From Candidatus Bathyarchaeota archaeon (lineage in GTDB: Archaea > Thermoproteota > Bathyarchaeia > Bathyarchaeales > Bathycorpusculaceae): a stretch of DNA of 64,000 nt. Positions 29,710 through 39,697 of this stretch are shown here, in pieces (within the stretch, counting starts at the first letter, position 1; each line of letters begins with the position of its first letter). Under the pieces are notes generated by a model. The model made no database searches. It was not told the DNA's origin and worked only from the letters and a program-made list of their open reading frames with translations. The stretch covers positions 64,001 through 128,000 of the forward strand of contig CAVRFW010000005.1 of the NCBI GenBank assembly GCA_963720565.1. The letters run 5' to 3'. Position numbers and translations under genes: made by a program.

Positions 29710-30063
29710 TCACTTTAAGTATTCACCAAGGTTTGTTTCCCCAACTTCGAAGACTGGAAATACCTGAATCAACTGTTTTGCCATTTCAGACAGGATCTTC
29801 TTAACGCCATCCGTTTTCTCAAATTCGATCTTGGGATACAATCTTATCACAATCCCACCTTCTCTGCCTGTTATCATTGCCAAAAAACTCGTCTTTCTGT
29901 CTGACTGGATAGCTAAAGAATCAATCAGAATAGCGTTCTTGCCACGCTCAAGGTAAATGTCGGTAGTTTTCAGAAGGGTTCTTTCATCTCTAATGAATAG
30001 TGGCTTCAATTCATTGAAAACATTCTCGATACTAACTCGACCCTTCAAAACAACATGCGGCAA
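29710..30063 (-). CDS. Hypothetical protein
   Basis: 117-aa ORF MPHVVL...RLYP...EKTDGVK. Confidence 0.7.
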   Translation of the reverse strand: MPHVVLKGRVSIENVFNELKPLFIRDERTLLKTTDIYLERGKNAILIDSLAIQSDRKTSFLAMITGREGGIVIRLYPKIEFEKTDGVKKILSEMAKQLIQVFPVFEVGETNLGEYLK

Positions 30064-30247
30064 AGCTCTTCCTCCGAAAGAGGATGTTATTCTCCGCTTA
30101 ATATTCAGTTCTACTCAAATCAAAACAGCGTTTATGCATAGCCTTGAAAGAACTAGATGCAAAGAGTAGGTTCGCAAGTTGCGTTATGCCTCAAAATAGA
30201 CAACGCTTAAAAACTTTTTCAGCCATCGAGCTCTTAGGCACAAAACC

Positions 30248-31975
30248 ATGAAGAGCACTAATGCGCGTTTCCTGCTAGCAGTCACTGCCTTACTGCTTTT
30301 CATTTTCGGGACATCAGTTGGTTCAGTTCTGGACTCAAACTTCGGAAAAACTGAAGTCAAATCAATTCTGATTAGCAGCGGCGAGGTAAAACTAAGCGCA
30401 ATATTATATCGCCCGTACTCAGCTTCTCCGGATAATCCCTCTCCCGCGATTGTCGTTACGCATGGAATAAGCAGCTCCAAGGAGATGATGAGCAGCATTG
30501 GACTTGAACTATCCAGAAGAGGCTTTGTGACCCTCTGCTTGGATTTGTATGGGCACGGAAAATCCGGAGGAACCCTTGAAGACGGAGAAGAAGACCCAAG
30601 TTTTGGTTCGTTATCAGCTGTACAGTACATAAAGTCGCAACCATATGTCAACTCATCTAAGATAGGCATGATTGGCCATAGTCTGGGTGCAGGAGCAGTT
30701 AGAGCAGCAACTGTAAAAGATGATCAAATTGGAGCTTTAGTTCTGATAGCAGGAGGGCTAGGAGATTCTGTCGAGCAATTGGATTATGGCCAGTTCAACA
30801 GCACTTTTCCCAAAAATCTTCTTGTAATAGTGGGTAAATACGATGTTCTTTTCAACATAACAGAGGTTACCAAAGAAGAACTGCCGGCAATGTTCGGCAC
30901 CCAGCAAGAAGTGGTTCCGGACGTTACTTACGGGAACTTCCTCTCTCAGACGGCAAGAAAACTGGTCACACCATCAACAACACATCTCTTTGAGCCATTC
31001 GACCCAGCAGCCATTTCCGAAATAGTCACATGGATGCAAAACGCCTTTCCTACAACAGGATCTTCAGAAGCAGTATGCGATGTAAAAATGGTCTACTTCG
31101 AACGGGAAATTTCAATCATGGTCGGCATTATTGGACTTATAGGAATAACTCTTCTCATGTTCTTCCCCGTCTCAAAAGTGGCAAGGCTGAAAATTCCTGA
31201 AGATGCACCTGAAAGTAACAGTCGACCAAAAGCATTGAAGTCGCACGCTGTATGGGGTCTGCTAAACATAGCTTTGTTCCTGCCATTGTTAGCCGTTGGA
31301 TTCGTAATTCCGTTCCCACCATTGCTGTTTGGAAGGTCAATAGCTTGGTGGATGCTCGGCGTGGGCTTAGCCGGGTTGCTCTTGATTGCCGCGAAAATTC
31401 CGAAATCTCTGACCAAGATCAGACTTAAGGAAACACTCAGAGAGGCCATAGGCAAAAAAGAAATAATCGCAGGATTGACACTGTTCTTGTTTCTTTTCAC
31501 AATCGCTAGCTTACTAGAATCAGTGTTCAATGTTAATCTTCGAATAATCACACCAATATTTCGGGCACTAACAGATCCACGGCGAATTTGGGCCTTCCTA
31601 TCATTCCTGCCATTCTTCACAGCATACTTCCTAGCAGAAGGACTATACCTACATGACCCCTACAAACCAAAGCAACAACAAAAACAAGGAAGACCTGCCG
31701 ACCTGCACGAATACTTCAGCGTTGTCATCGGCAAAACCGCTCCCTTCCTGATGGTAATCTGTTTACAATATCTGCCTGCAATAGTCTTTGGCTTCTGGGT
31801 TTTTCCGAGCTTTTCCGGGTTCATCTTCGAGTTTCTCTGGTTGATTGTGCCCATTTTCATAATAACAACAACAAGCTCGTGGTGGTTCTACAGGAAAACC
31901 AGAGGAATCGGGCTGGGAGCATTGTTTAACACGTTAACGATGGCGTGGGTAGCCGCCGCCGTATTTCCATTCTAG
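30248..31975 (+). CDS. Alpha/beta hydrolase with C-terminal membrane domain
   Basis: THG, GHGKS, GHSLG nucleophile, ~7 TMs. Confidence 0.85.
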   Translation: MKSTNARFLLAVTALLLFIFGTSVGSVLDSNFGKTEVKSILISSGEVKLSAILYRPYSASPDNPSPAIVVTHGISSSKEMMSSIGLELSRRGFVTLCLDLYGHGKSGGTLEDGEEDPSFGSLSAVQYIKSQPYVNSSKIGMIGHSLGAGAVRAATVKDDQIGALVLIAGGLGDSVEQLDYGQFNSTFPKNLLVIVGKYDVLFNITEVTKEELPAMFGTQQEVVPDVTYGNFLSQTARKLVTPSTTHLFEPFDPAAISEIVTWMQNAFPTTGSSEAVCDVKMVYFEREISIMVGIIGLIGITLLMFFPVSKVARLKIPEDAPESNSRPKALKSHAVWGLLNIALFLPLLAVGFVIPFPPLLFGRSIAWWMLGVGLAGLLLIAAKIPKSLTKIRLKETLREAIGKKEIIAGLTLFLFLFTIASLLESVFNVNLRIITPIFRALTDPRRIWAFLSFLPFFTAYFLAEGLYLHDPYKPKQQQKQGRPADLHEYFSVVIGKTAPFLMVICLQYLPAIVFGFWVFPSFSGFIFEFLWLIVPIFIITTTSSWWFYRKTRGIGLGALFNTLTMAWVAAAVFPF

Positions 31976-32009
31976 ACAAAACGGAAAGCCCATCTTCAGA
32001 AGATCTTCG

Positions 32010-33614
32010 CTAGCTTTTGGCCAAGGCTCTCTTCAAAGCCTCAATAACGTTCTGCCCTCCCATGGTCAACAGGTAAGGCCCCAGTTTCGGTCCTTGAGGA
32101 ACCCCCAAGAGAATCATATAGATAGTCTTGAAGAAAGCCCTTGGCTGTAACCCGTTTTCTTTTGCAGCGTTGAAAATCGCGTTTTGTATTTTATCTGGGC
32201 TTGTTTCAGTCTCCAGGGCTTCCATCAGAGCGGATAAGGCTCGCCTCTCTTCATTTGACAGACTTATCGGTGTTTCTTTGATTTCCTCAAAGTCTCGAAC
32301 CCAATTGAGCGCGTACTCGATTCTTCTGGCCAATTCAGCGCCAATCGCCCGATTCTCCAGCGGATATCCATAGCTCGCAAGTGTTTCTGAGATGAAGTCA
32401 TTCGCATTGTCTTTGGGAGCCATCTTGGCTAAAAACGCTAACAGATTGTAAGGCACATGCAAACTTGGTTTGGTAGGAGGCTTCATAACCCAACAATACT
32501 CATACAAGCCCCGCAGCTTCAAAAGCTCCTTTTCATCCTTAACTTGCTTCTTGCCAAAAAAAACATCCTCAAGATTATCTAACTCATTCATGTAAGAAGG
32601 AATATCGGAAACGTCAAGCGACCGCGTGCCCACAAAACGTTTCAGCATCAGTAAAAGCAAAGACTGAGGCGAACCATATTGGAACCAGACTTGCGGCGTG
32701 AAAACGTTTCCCGAAGACTTTGAAATTTTCCGCCCACCCTTGTCGAGAAACATCTCATATTTGGCATGAGAAGGCGGCTCGAAACACAGAATCTCCCGGC
32801 TAATCCGATCGTTTGTCCGTACAGAATCAGCAATATCTTTACCATAAGCTTCAAACCGAATATCAAACGCTTTCCAGCGAGCAGCAAATTCAACTTTCCA
32901 TGATAGTTTGCCCGCTCCAGCCAAAACACTTGCTTCCCCCTGATGACCGCAACCCTCAATCAGTTTACCTCTTATCTCTAAGCCTTCGCACTTGTAATGC
33001 ACCCTGTCTGTCTTTGGATCGAATTTCAGGGCTTTTGTGGTATATATTCGTCCGCATTCTTCACAAATCGGAAAGTAAGGCAAGACCTCTGTGTAACGTT
33101 CTTGTCCAACTTCTTCTTTAACAATTTCGCCAACCCTTTGGGCGTTTAACAGTATGGTGCGTATTTCCTCCCGCAACAACCCTTTATCATAAACTTGTTT
33201 TGCAGACATGTAATTGTACTCGATCCCACATTTGTCTAAAGCGTCAAGGAGAAGCGAACTCATGTGGCTTCCAAAGCTTTCGTGACACCCGAACGGGTCA
33301 GGAATGCTCGAAACTGGAAAGCCCAAGTACTTCTCAAGCGATTTCGGCAACCCTGCGGGAACCTTACGCAACCCATCCTTGTCATCGCAGAAAGCTACCA
33401 GCTCAGAATTAACCCCCGCCTCTTTCAAGGCAAGAGTCACGGCGTAGGATCGAACGGCGTCGCCTAAACTGCCGATGTGAGGAAAACCCGAAGCGCCAAG
33501 ACCCATCTCTGTCCTAACTCTATCTAAGCTCCGATTCAGTTTTCGCTCACGATCGATCACCTTCCGCGCCATCATGTCGTACCAAGTACCGTGACCGATT
33601 ACCTCTTCATTCAT
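32010..33614 (-). CDS. lysS: Lysyl-tRNA synthetase, class I
   Basis: GASGFPHIGS, KISKS, GPKLG. Confidence 0.95.
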   Translation of the reverse strand: MNEEVIGHGTWYDMMARKVIDRERKLNRSLDRVRTEMGLGASGFPHIGSLGDAVRSYAVTLALKEAGVNSELVAFCDDKDGLRKVPAGLPKSLEKYLGFPVSSIPDPFGCHESFGSHMSSLLLDALDKCGIEYNYMSAKQVYDKGLLREEIRTILLNAQRVGEIVKEEVGQERYTEVLPYFPICEECGRIYTTKALKFDPKTDRVHYKCEGLEIRGKLIEGCGHQGEASVLAGAGKLSWKVEFAARWKAFDIRFEAYGKDIADSVRTNDRISREILCFEPPSHAKYEMFLDKGGRKISKSSGNVFTPQVWFQYGSPQSLLLLMLKRFVGTRSLDVSDIPSYMNELDNLEDVFFGKKQVKDEKELLKLRGLYEYCWVMKPPTKPSLHVPYNLLAFLAKMAPKDNANDFISETLASYGYPLENRAIGAELARRIEYALNWVRDFEEIKETPISLSNEERRALSALMEALETETSPDKIQNAIFNAAKENGLQPRAFFKTIYMILLGVPQGPKLGPYLLTMGGQNVIEALKRALAKS

Positions 33615-33682
33615 GACGCTTAACCTCTCCACCAATGACTGCAGAATGAAATAGAAAAATGTTTAGAAAGAAAAGGTCGCAA

Positions 33683-34027
33683 CTACTTTTGACGCAATGC
33701 AGTAACGATTGTCAAGACACCGAAAACCAAGAGCAACAGAACCAGCGAGTAAAGCCAACTGAAATGGAATAGGTACAATGCTGCACCTATGGCTATTAAA
33801 AGCAAACCCAAGATCATTGTACTGAAAGCACCGCGATCACTATTATCCGATTTGGAAACTCGGAGTCCAGACACAACCACAAACCAGCATCCGAAAAGCA
33901 CCAGAACCAACGAGACAAGCAGCGACCAATCTGCAATAACATTCAGAGCAAATAGAATCAGACCAACCGCAATTACTAGAAAAAGGACGCCAATCGAAAG
34001 CAAGTCTCTTCTGCTTTGAGCCAACAA
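33683..34027 (-). CDS. Small membrane protein
   Basis: 4 TM segments. Confidence 0.7.
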   Translation of the reverse strand: MLAQSRRDLLSIGVLFLVIAVGLILFALNVIADWSLLVSLVLVLFGCWFVVVSGLRVSKSDNSDRGAFSTMILGLLLIAIGAALYLFHFSWLYSLVLLLLVFGVLTIVTALRQK

Positions 34028-34163
34028 AGCACCTCCTAAGAACGCTCGCTCAGGGGCATTTGATCTTTTGCCTCGGCAAAAAATTCTCTTTTCTCGTTCA
34101 TTTCGATCCCCTACTCATTCGGTTATAGATTATGAGGCACTTTTAAAGTTTCTTAAAGCCCTA

Positions 34164-34908
34164 CTAAAACTTGGCGGCAGGGATATCTCCTTTCAGGGCT
34201 AGCCCTGTGGTGCCGTCAATTATAAGCTGGTATGGCTTACCCTTGTACTCGTATCCTATGAACCACACGGGTGCATGCAAGTAAACAACCTGTCTCACGT
34301 CAAGCTCAACCGCCATCTCAACGATTCTGTCCACATCCTGTTGGAGAAGAAAACGGTTGTGCGCATCTATCTGTTGCTTAGCAAGTTCTGTCGCTTCAGC
34401 CTTATCCATCTCGCTATTCAAGACTTTCGCGAAACCTTCAATTTTCCGGAAATCGTACGGAACCTTGCCACTCAAAGGAATGTCATATTCTCTTGTCGGG
34501 AAACTAGCATGCCTTGCGTGCCAAGACGAGCCAGTTGTACTCTTTCTTGATTTCGCCCTCTTTCACTATTGGAGGCGCAATACGCTCGAAAATGCCTTTG
34601 TATTTTCCTGTTACCCCAACAGAAACAACCCAAATGGGCAGGTAAAGCAGACTCTTTTCCAAAATTCTTGATTTTCTTGCGAGATCTGACGGTTTCAGAA
34701 ACCCAGAACGCATCCAGTTCTGCACAACTGCTTCGATTTGCTCTTCACTAAATTTGTTAAGAAGCATTGAATGCTCGAAACTGAAGGCTTTCCCTGTTTC
34801 AATTACGGTCATGAAGCCGCAGTACGTACAGGTAGCTATTATTTCTCCAGATTTGAATTCTACTGGACCACCGCAGTGTGAACACCTTATGTTGTCAGCT
34901 ACAACCAT
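34164..34908 (-). CDS. Zinc-ribbon-containing hypothetical protein (frameshift ~34505)
   Basis: CSHC/CTYC, YLPIW, IDGTTG; two consecutive ORFs read as one protein. Confidence 0.7.
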
Positions 34909-34910
34909 TG

Positions 34911-36293
34911 TTATGCCTTCAGGTTTTCCCTTTTCATTATTTCCTGGGCAACTATGACTCCTGAAGCTGAAGCTTGAATCAACCCTCGGGTAACGCCGGC
35001 ACCGTCGCCGATGGTAAACATGTTCTGAATCTTGGTTTCTAAAACGTTGCTCAGCTGCAGGTGTGAAGAGTAAAACTTGACTTCGACACCGTAAAGCAGA
35101 GTATCTCTGGATTGCACCCCCGGTGCAATAACATCCAACGCTTGAAGCATTTCTCTTATGTCAGACAAGTAGCGGTAAGGCAACACAAAACTCAAGTCGC
35201 CAGGTGTCGCATTCTTCAAGGTGGGTTCCACAACACTTCGCGCGAGACTCTTAGAAGTCGAACGCCGTCCCGAAAGCAGATCTCCAAGACGCTGGACCAT
35301 CACGCCTCCGCTTAGAAGGTTTGAAAGCCTAGCAATGTATTTGCCATAAGCTGTCGGCTCCTTGAAAGGTTCAGTGAACGAAGTGCTTACGAGGATGGCG
35401 AAGTTGGTGTTTTTAGTTTTTCTCTCCGCATAGCTCTGTCCGTTGACTGTTAAGACACCGTCGTAAGATTCGGTCGTGACTTCTCCGTAGGGCGAAACAC
35501 AGAAAGTTCGCACTTGGTCATCAAAAAGGTGCGAATAATGAACAAGTTTCGGTTCATAGAGTACTTTAGTCAATTCTTCCATAACTGAGGCTAAAACTTC
35601 AACTCTAACACCAACATCAACTGGATTGTTAACGGTTTTCAAACCATGGAACTGAGCTTCAGTTTGAAGCCACTCGGATCCACTTCTGCCCGGAGCAATT
35701 ATAACGTATTTACTGTAGATTTTTTCGCCAGCTACAGTCTCAACACCCTTGACCATATGGTTATCCGTGATAAGAGCTTTGACATCTGTTTTCGGCTGAA
35801 AAGTTATTTTGCTATTAAGTTCCTTTCGCATCTTACGGAGCGTATCTGCACATTTTTCTGTTCCCATATGGCGTACTTCTTGCTTAATTAGTTTCAATCC
35901 CGCCAGCGATGCTCTTCTTTCGATCTCATTTACCTTTTCGGTGTCTCCTCCGTAGACTTGTTCGCTTGCACCATATTTCAAGTAGACGCTGTCAACGTAA
36001 GCAACAAGCGCTTTGAGCTCTTTTTCAGAAATATACTGATTAAGCCAACCACCAACCTCTGTGGACAAGGTCAGTTTGCCGTCACTATATGCACCTGCTC
36101 CGCCCCAGCCTGAAAGGACAGAACAAGGCTCGCAATGATGACATTCTAAGCCTCGACTTGAAGGACACTTGCGCTTGTCAATATCTGGACCTCTGTCCAG
36201 AATTAGTACGCTGAGATGGTTTCTTTCTACTAACTCCAGTGCTGAAAAAATGCCCGCTGGACCCGCACCGACGATGATAACGTCATAGTTCAA
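34911..36293 (-). CDS. FAD-dependent oxidoreductase (COG2509-like)
   Basis: IVGAGPAG, GGAGAYSDGKL, VGVRVE, GDGAGVTRG. Confidence 0.9.
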   Translation of the reverse strand: MNYDVIIVGAGPAGIFSALELVERNHLSVLILDRGPDIDKRKCPSSRGLECHHCEPCSVLSGWGGAGAYSDGKLTLSTEVGGWLNQYISEKELKALVAYVDSVYLKYGASEQVYGGDTEKVNEIERRASLAGLKLIKQEVRHMGTEKCADTLRKMRKELNSKITFQPKTDVKALITDNHMVKGVETVAGEKIYSKYVIIAPGRSGSEWLQTEAQFHGLKTVNNPVDVGVRVEVLASVMEELTKVLYEPKLVHYSHLFDDQVRTFCVSPYGEVTTESYDGVLTVNGQSYAERKTKNTNFAILVSTSFTEPFKEPTAYGKYIARLSNLLSGGVMVQRLGDLLSGRRSTSKSLARSVVEPTLKNATPGDLSFVLPYRYLSDIREMLQALDVIAPGVQSRDTLLYGVEVKFYSSHLQLSNVLETKIQNMFTIGDGAGVTRGLIQASASGVIVAQEIMKRENLKA

Positions 36294-36436
36294 GTGGCAT
36301 TGTCTCCCTGGGAACCCAGAGTTAGATGTAACCACTAGCATATATTTCTAACGAAACGCGAAGATGCAAACACTTGCGCAGACCGAAAACGGATGAAACA
36401 ACACTATAACGTAAACAGAACCCTACGCATCATGAT

Positions 36437-36778
36437 TCATTTTTCGGTATACGGTATGAGACAAAGGAATCTCAAAGCGTCGACACCCGTGTTTCTGAAT
36501 TGATGCAGTTCGTTCGAAGGAACAAAAACAACATAACCAGGTTGAAAGTCAAACGTTTTTTCTCCGTCGGAAACGTTGCCCTCTCCAGATAGTATGAAGA
36601 CCTCATGCTCCCAAGGATGAGTATGTAAGGGGCTATAGCCGCCAGGTTCAATTTCGAAAAGGCGCATAGCAAAGTTATTTGCACCCATTTCTTTCGTTAT
36701 GAGCCATTGTACTTTTGTCTTTATGGCTCCCCCTTCGGCGACCTGCGGGCTTATTGAACTATGGTGAAATACGTTCAT
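36437..36778 (-). CDS. Cupin domain protein
   Basis: HTHPWEHE...HQFRN. Confidence 0.9.
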   Translation of the reverse strand: MNVFHHSSISPQVAEGGAIKTKVQWLITKEMGANNFAMRLFEIEPGGYSPLHTHPWEHEVFILSGEGNVSDGEKTFDFQPGYVVFVPSNELHQFRNTGVDALRFLCLIPYTEK

Positions 36779-36922
36779 TTGTTATAGTTCTCCGTGCCTG
36801 TTGCCTGAGGCTAGTTTGCGCAGGTTAATTTATTAAACTATGCAGCGCCAACTGTCTCCCAAAGATATATCTCGAGAACATTTATATCCCGTAAAACCCC
36901 AAATACACCAGCGGTCACCCCG

Positions 36923-37393
36923 ATGACAAACAGAAGAAATGGAGAAATGGACGGGATAATCTCCGATTTTTCCCGTTTCTACATACTCACGATACTCTAC
37001 GAAGGACCTTCGCACGGCTACCAAATTATCAATCGCTTCAAAAAAAGAGTAAAGAAAGACGTAAGCCCCAGCCTCGTCTACCCGTTCCTTCAACAATTGG
37101 AAGAAAAAGGTTTAGTTACGCACACCACGGAACCGGTAGGTCAGAAACAACGGAAAATCTTCAGACTCACCGAAGAAGGCAGAAAAGTATGTACTGGACT
37201 CTTCAAACGATTCGCTGACCTCATCGCGATTACTATCGAACCGAGCCTCTATGTTTGTGCTCACTGCGGATGCAAAGTCTACGAAAGCGGCTACCGAGAA
37301 ACGATAAACGGCAAAGAAACAGCCTTCTGCTGCATACACTGCGCTAATTCATACAAAGAAATGCTGAAACAAGATAAGGCTGTAAAACAATAG
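36923..37393 (+). CDS. PadR-family regulator with C-terminal Cys-rich (TRASH/YHS-like) domain
   Basis: HGYQI, SLVYPFL, LTEEG; CAHCGC...FCCIHC. Confidence 0.85.
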   Translation: MTNRRNGEMDGIISDFSRFYILTILYEGPSHGYQIINRFKKRVKKDVSPSLVYPFLQQLEEKGLVTHTTEPVGQKQRKIFRLTEEGRKVCTGLFKRFADLIAITIEPSLYVCAHCGCKVYESGYRETINGKETAFCCIHCANSYKEMLKQDKAVKQ

Positions 37394-37779
37394 CTAAAAT
37401 CAAAGCCCGAAGACAAAATAAGCACTTTGCGAGCCTTCACAGCTACTTCGACTTGCAATCACTCTAGATTCTAGCGCCACGGAACTTTTCCTATTCAGCT
37501 TTCAAATCGCAGCCATCAAAAACTAATGGTCATGCACTACTTTCATCGCGCATCAGAATTGAAAGAAGAAAAACACCAAATTCCAGCAGAATAGAACTTT
37601 TTGTTTTTCTTCTAGTCAATAGTTTTTGTTAGTAGAAGAAGAAAGATGAAAAAACAATTGCTCTTCTTCTACTGCTTTGCTTCAAAGCTTATTCTGAAAC
37701 TTGTTAAAGTAGACTTTTAACGCGCTGTAAAAATGCTGATGAAGGGGTTTCAAAAGCCAAAGTAATCTTGTGCTCTAAA

Positions 37780-38058
37780 TTAGTCTTTTATGGCTTCTAT
37801 GAAGCTCATAACGTTCCACAGTTTTACCCGAGTGTAAGGCGGCATATTTGGATCCTGCAATATATCGTCTAGAAGTGAAACAGCGTTTGAAGCTCTAACT
37901 GCAGGCGTGAACTCTGAACCCTGCAACGCGTTAATAGCGTCCTTGGCTGAACGTCTAATATTCCGCGGGGTTGTGCTATCTTCAGAGACGGCGCCAAGCA
38001 CAGCTAACGCTTGCTTTATCTTTCCCTCATACTCTTCTGCCTTTTTCTTTCGCACCAT
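37780..38058 (-). CDS. UPF0147 family protein
   Basis: DSTTPRNIRR, DPNMPPYTR. Confidence 0.9.
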   Translation of the reverse strand: MVRKKKAEEYEGKIKQALAVLGAVSEDSTTPRNIRRSAKDAINALQGSEFTPAVRASNAVSLLDDILQDPNMPPYTRVKLWNVMSFIEAIKD

Positions 38059-38134
38059 AAATAGACCACCTAATCTCCTTTCGCAGTGCTCAAGTTATAT
38101 AAGCATTGATACGTATTTACTTTGGGGTTCTTTA

Positions 38135-38494
38135 TTGCAGGAAAAAACCGACGATAAGCCTATAAAACGTATGGCTGAAATGCTCCTGAAGGGCGCTACC
38201 CTAACCGATTTGTCGTGTCCAGCTTGCAAATCCCCACTCTTCAGATTGAAGGATGGAACACTTTGGTGTGCACAAGACGAAAAGAAGGTAATAGTCGTCA
38301 AAGAAGGAGAAGAGCCCAAACCAAGCAGCAACTCGGCTTATGACAAACTTGAAGCGACACTAATGTCTAAAATCCAGCAGTTGCAGGAAAGAATCCAGAA
38401 CAGCGAAAACGTTGATGAACTTCAGAAGCTGAGTTCAGCACTCTCCGAGCTGCTAAACAACCTTGAAAAAGTAAAGACGATGAAAAAGACCTAA
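38135..38494 (+). CDS. UPF0148/Sjogren autoantigen-1 family zinc-ribbon protein
   Basis: MAEMLLKGATL...CPACKSPLF. Confidence 0.85.
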   Translation: MQEKTDDKPIKRMAEMLLKGATLTDLSCPACKSPLFRLKDGTLWCAQDEKKVIVVKEGEEPKPSSNSAYDKLEATLMSKIQQLQERIQNSENVDELQKLSSALSELLNNLEKVKTMKKT

Positions 38495-38509
38495 AGCGGA
38501 ACGGCGAGA

Positions 38510-39016
38510 ATGTTAGGGTTTTACGACAACTTCCCCGTGAATATCCATCGAGCAGAAAAATTCACGTCTGCACTCTCAAACAGAGCACTACAGCAGAAAC
38601 TCGTTCAGGTTTTCCGAGAAATAAACAGCAAGACCTTCAGTTTTGACGAAATAGTTCACCCAACCCTGCCGGATAGCACCATAATCTTTGAGATGGGCTT
38701 AGCTGAAGGCAATAGCTTCAATTATATAGACAGAAAAGAAACGAAAAAAGTATGCAGTGCCTTGAGGAAGGATGCATTACGTATGATAGATCTGTTCTGC
38801 GCAATACGATACTACAAAAGCATTGCAGAAAAGAAAAGACCTCTGAGATTTGACTATTATATGATACGTATGGCCTTCAGCGGGAACACCGTGGAAATTC
38901 AGGTTTTCCATGAACGAGGCCCGAGATACTTGTCACCCGAAGACATCACCTCATTCTTAGTTAACGAAATCAACAAGACTACAGAACGAAAAACCCTGTT
39001 AGTGCCTGAATCCTAG
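38510..39016 (+). CDS. Hypothetical protein
   Basis: 168-aa ORF co-oriented in operon. Confidence 0.7.
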   Translation: MLGFYDNFPVNIHRAEKFTSALSNRALQQKLVQVFREINSKTFSFDEIVHPTLPDSTIIFEMGLAEGNSFNYIDRKETKKVCSALRKDALRMIDLFCAIRYYKSIAEKKRPLRFDYYMIRMAFSGNTVEIQVFHERGPRYLSPEDITSFLVNEINKTTERKTLLVPES

Positions 39017-39621
39017 TGAGACGCGTTTAGAAAATTCAGCACGACTCTTTGCAGTTCTTCCGCCACCAAGTGTTTTGGCTTGTTGCCGTCGATTCTACTT
39101 AGGTCACCTTTTTCAACGAATTCCAGGTATATCTGCCGAACTCTTTGCTGTGTCTCCAAGTTCTCCATGACAGATTTCACAGGTTTTAGCCTCTGCATAA
39201 CAGCCCGAGGGTCAACGTCTATGAAGATAGCCAGCTCCGGTCGCAGCGCGTATTGATTAATGCTCTGTATCCATTCGATGCTGAGTCCGGCAGCTCCCTG
39301 ATAAGCCAAAGACGAGTAAACGTAACGATCGGATATCACAAGCTTCCCTTGACGTAAAGCAGGGAGGACTTCATTTTCTACATGTTCAACGCGGTCAGCG
39401 GCGAAGAGCAGCGCCTCAGCAAGGCTTGTAGAGCGTTTTTCGCCGTAAAGGATACTTTTTCGTATGAAATCGCCGATTTTGCCGTCGCTTGGCTCTGCCG
39501 TGTACATTGCGTTATAGCTTCGCTGGAGTTTTTCCACAAGCAGTTTCGCCTGAGTGGTTTTTCCACAACCATCCAAGCCTTCGATGCAGACAAATGTACC
39601 CTTCATCGTCATATCTTTCAA
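39013..39621 (-). CDS. tmk: Thymidylate kinase
   Basis: EGLDGCGKTT, LFAADR, DRYVYSSLAYQG. Confidence 0.95.
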   Translation of the reverse strand: MKDMTMKGTFVCIEGLDGCGKTTQAKLLVEKLQRSYNAMYTAEPSDGKIGDFIRKSILYGEKRSTSLAEALLFAADRVEHVENEVLPALRQGKLVISDRYVYSSLAYQGAAGLSIEWIQSINQYALRPELAIFIDVDPRAVMQRLKPVKSVMENLETQQRVRQIYLEFVEKGDLSRIDGNKPKHLVAEELQRVVLNFLNASH

Positions 39622-39697
39622 CTCACGGTGGCTCAGCGTTACACATTATAAGAAGGCACATAGATATAACTTGGCAAACGCGGGTAGCGTGTACAAA

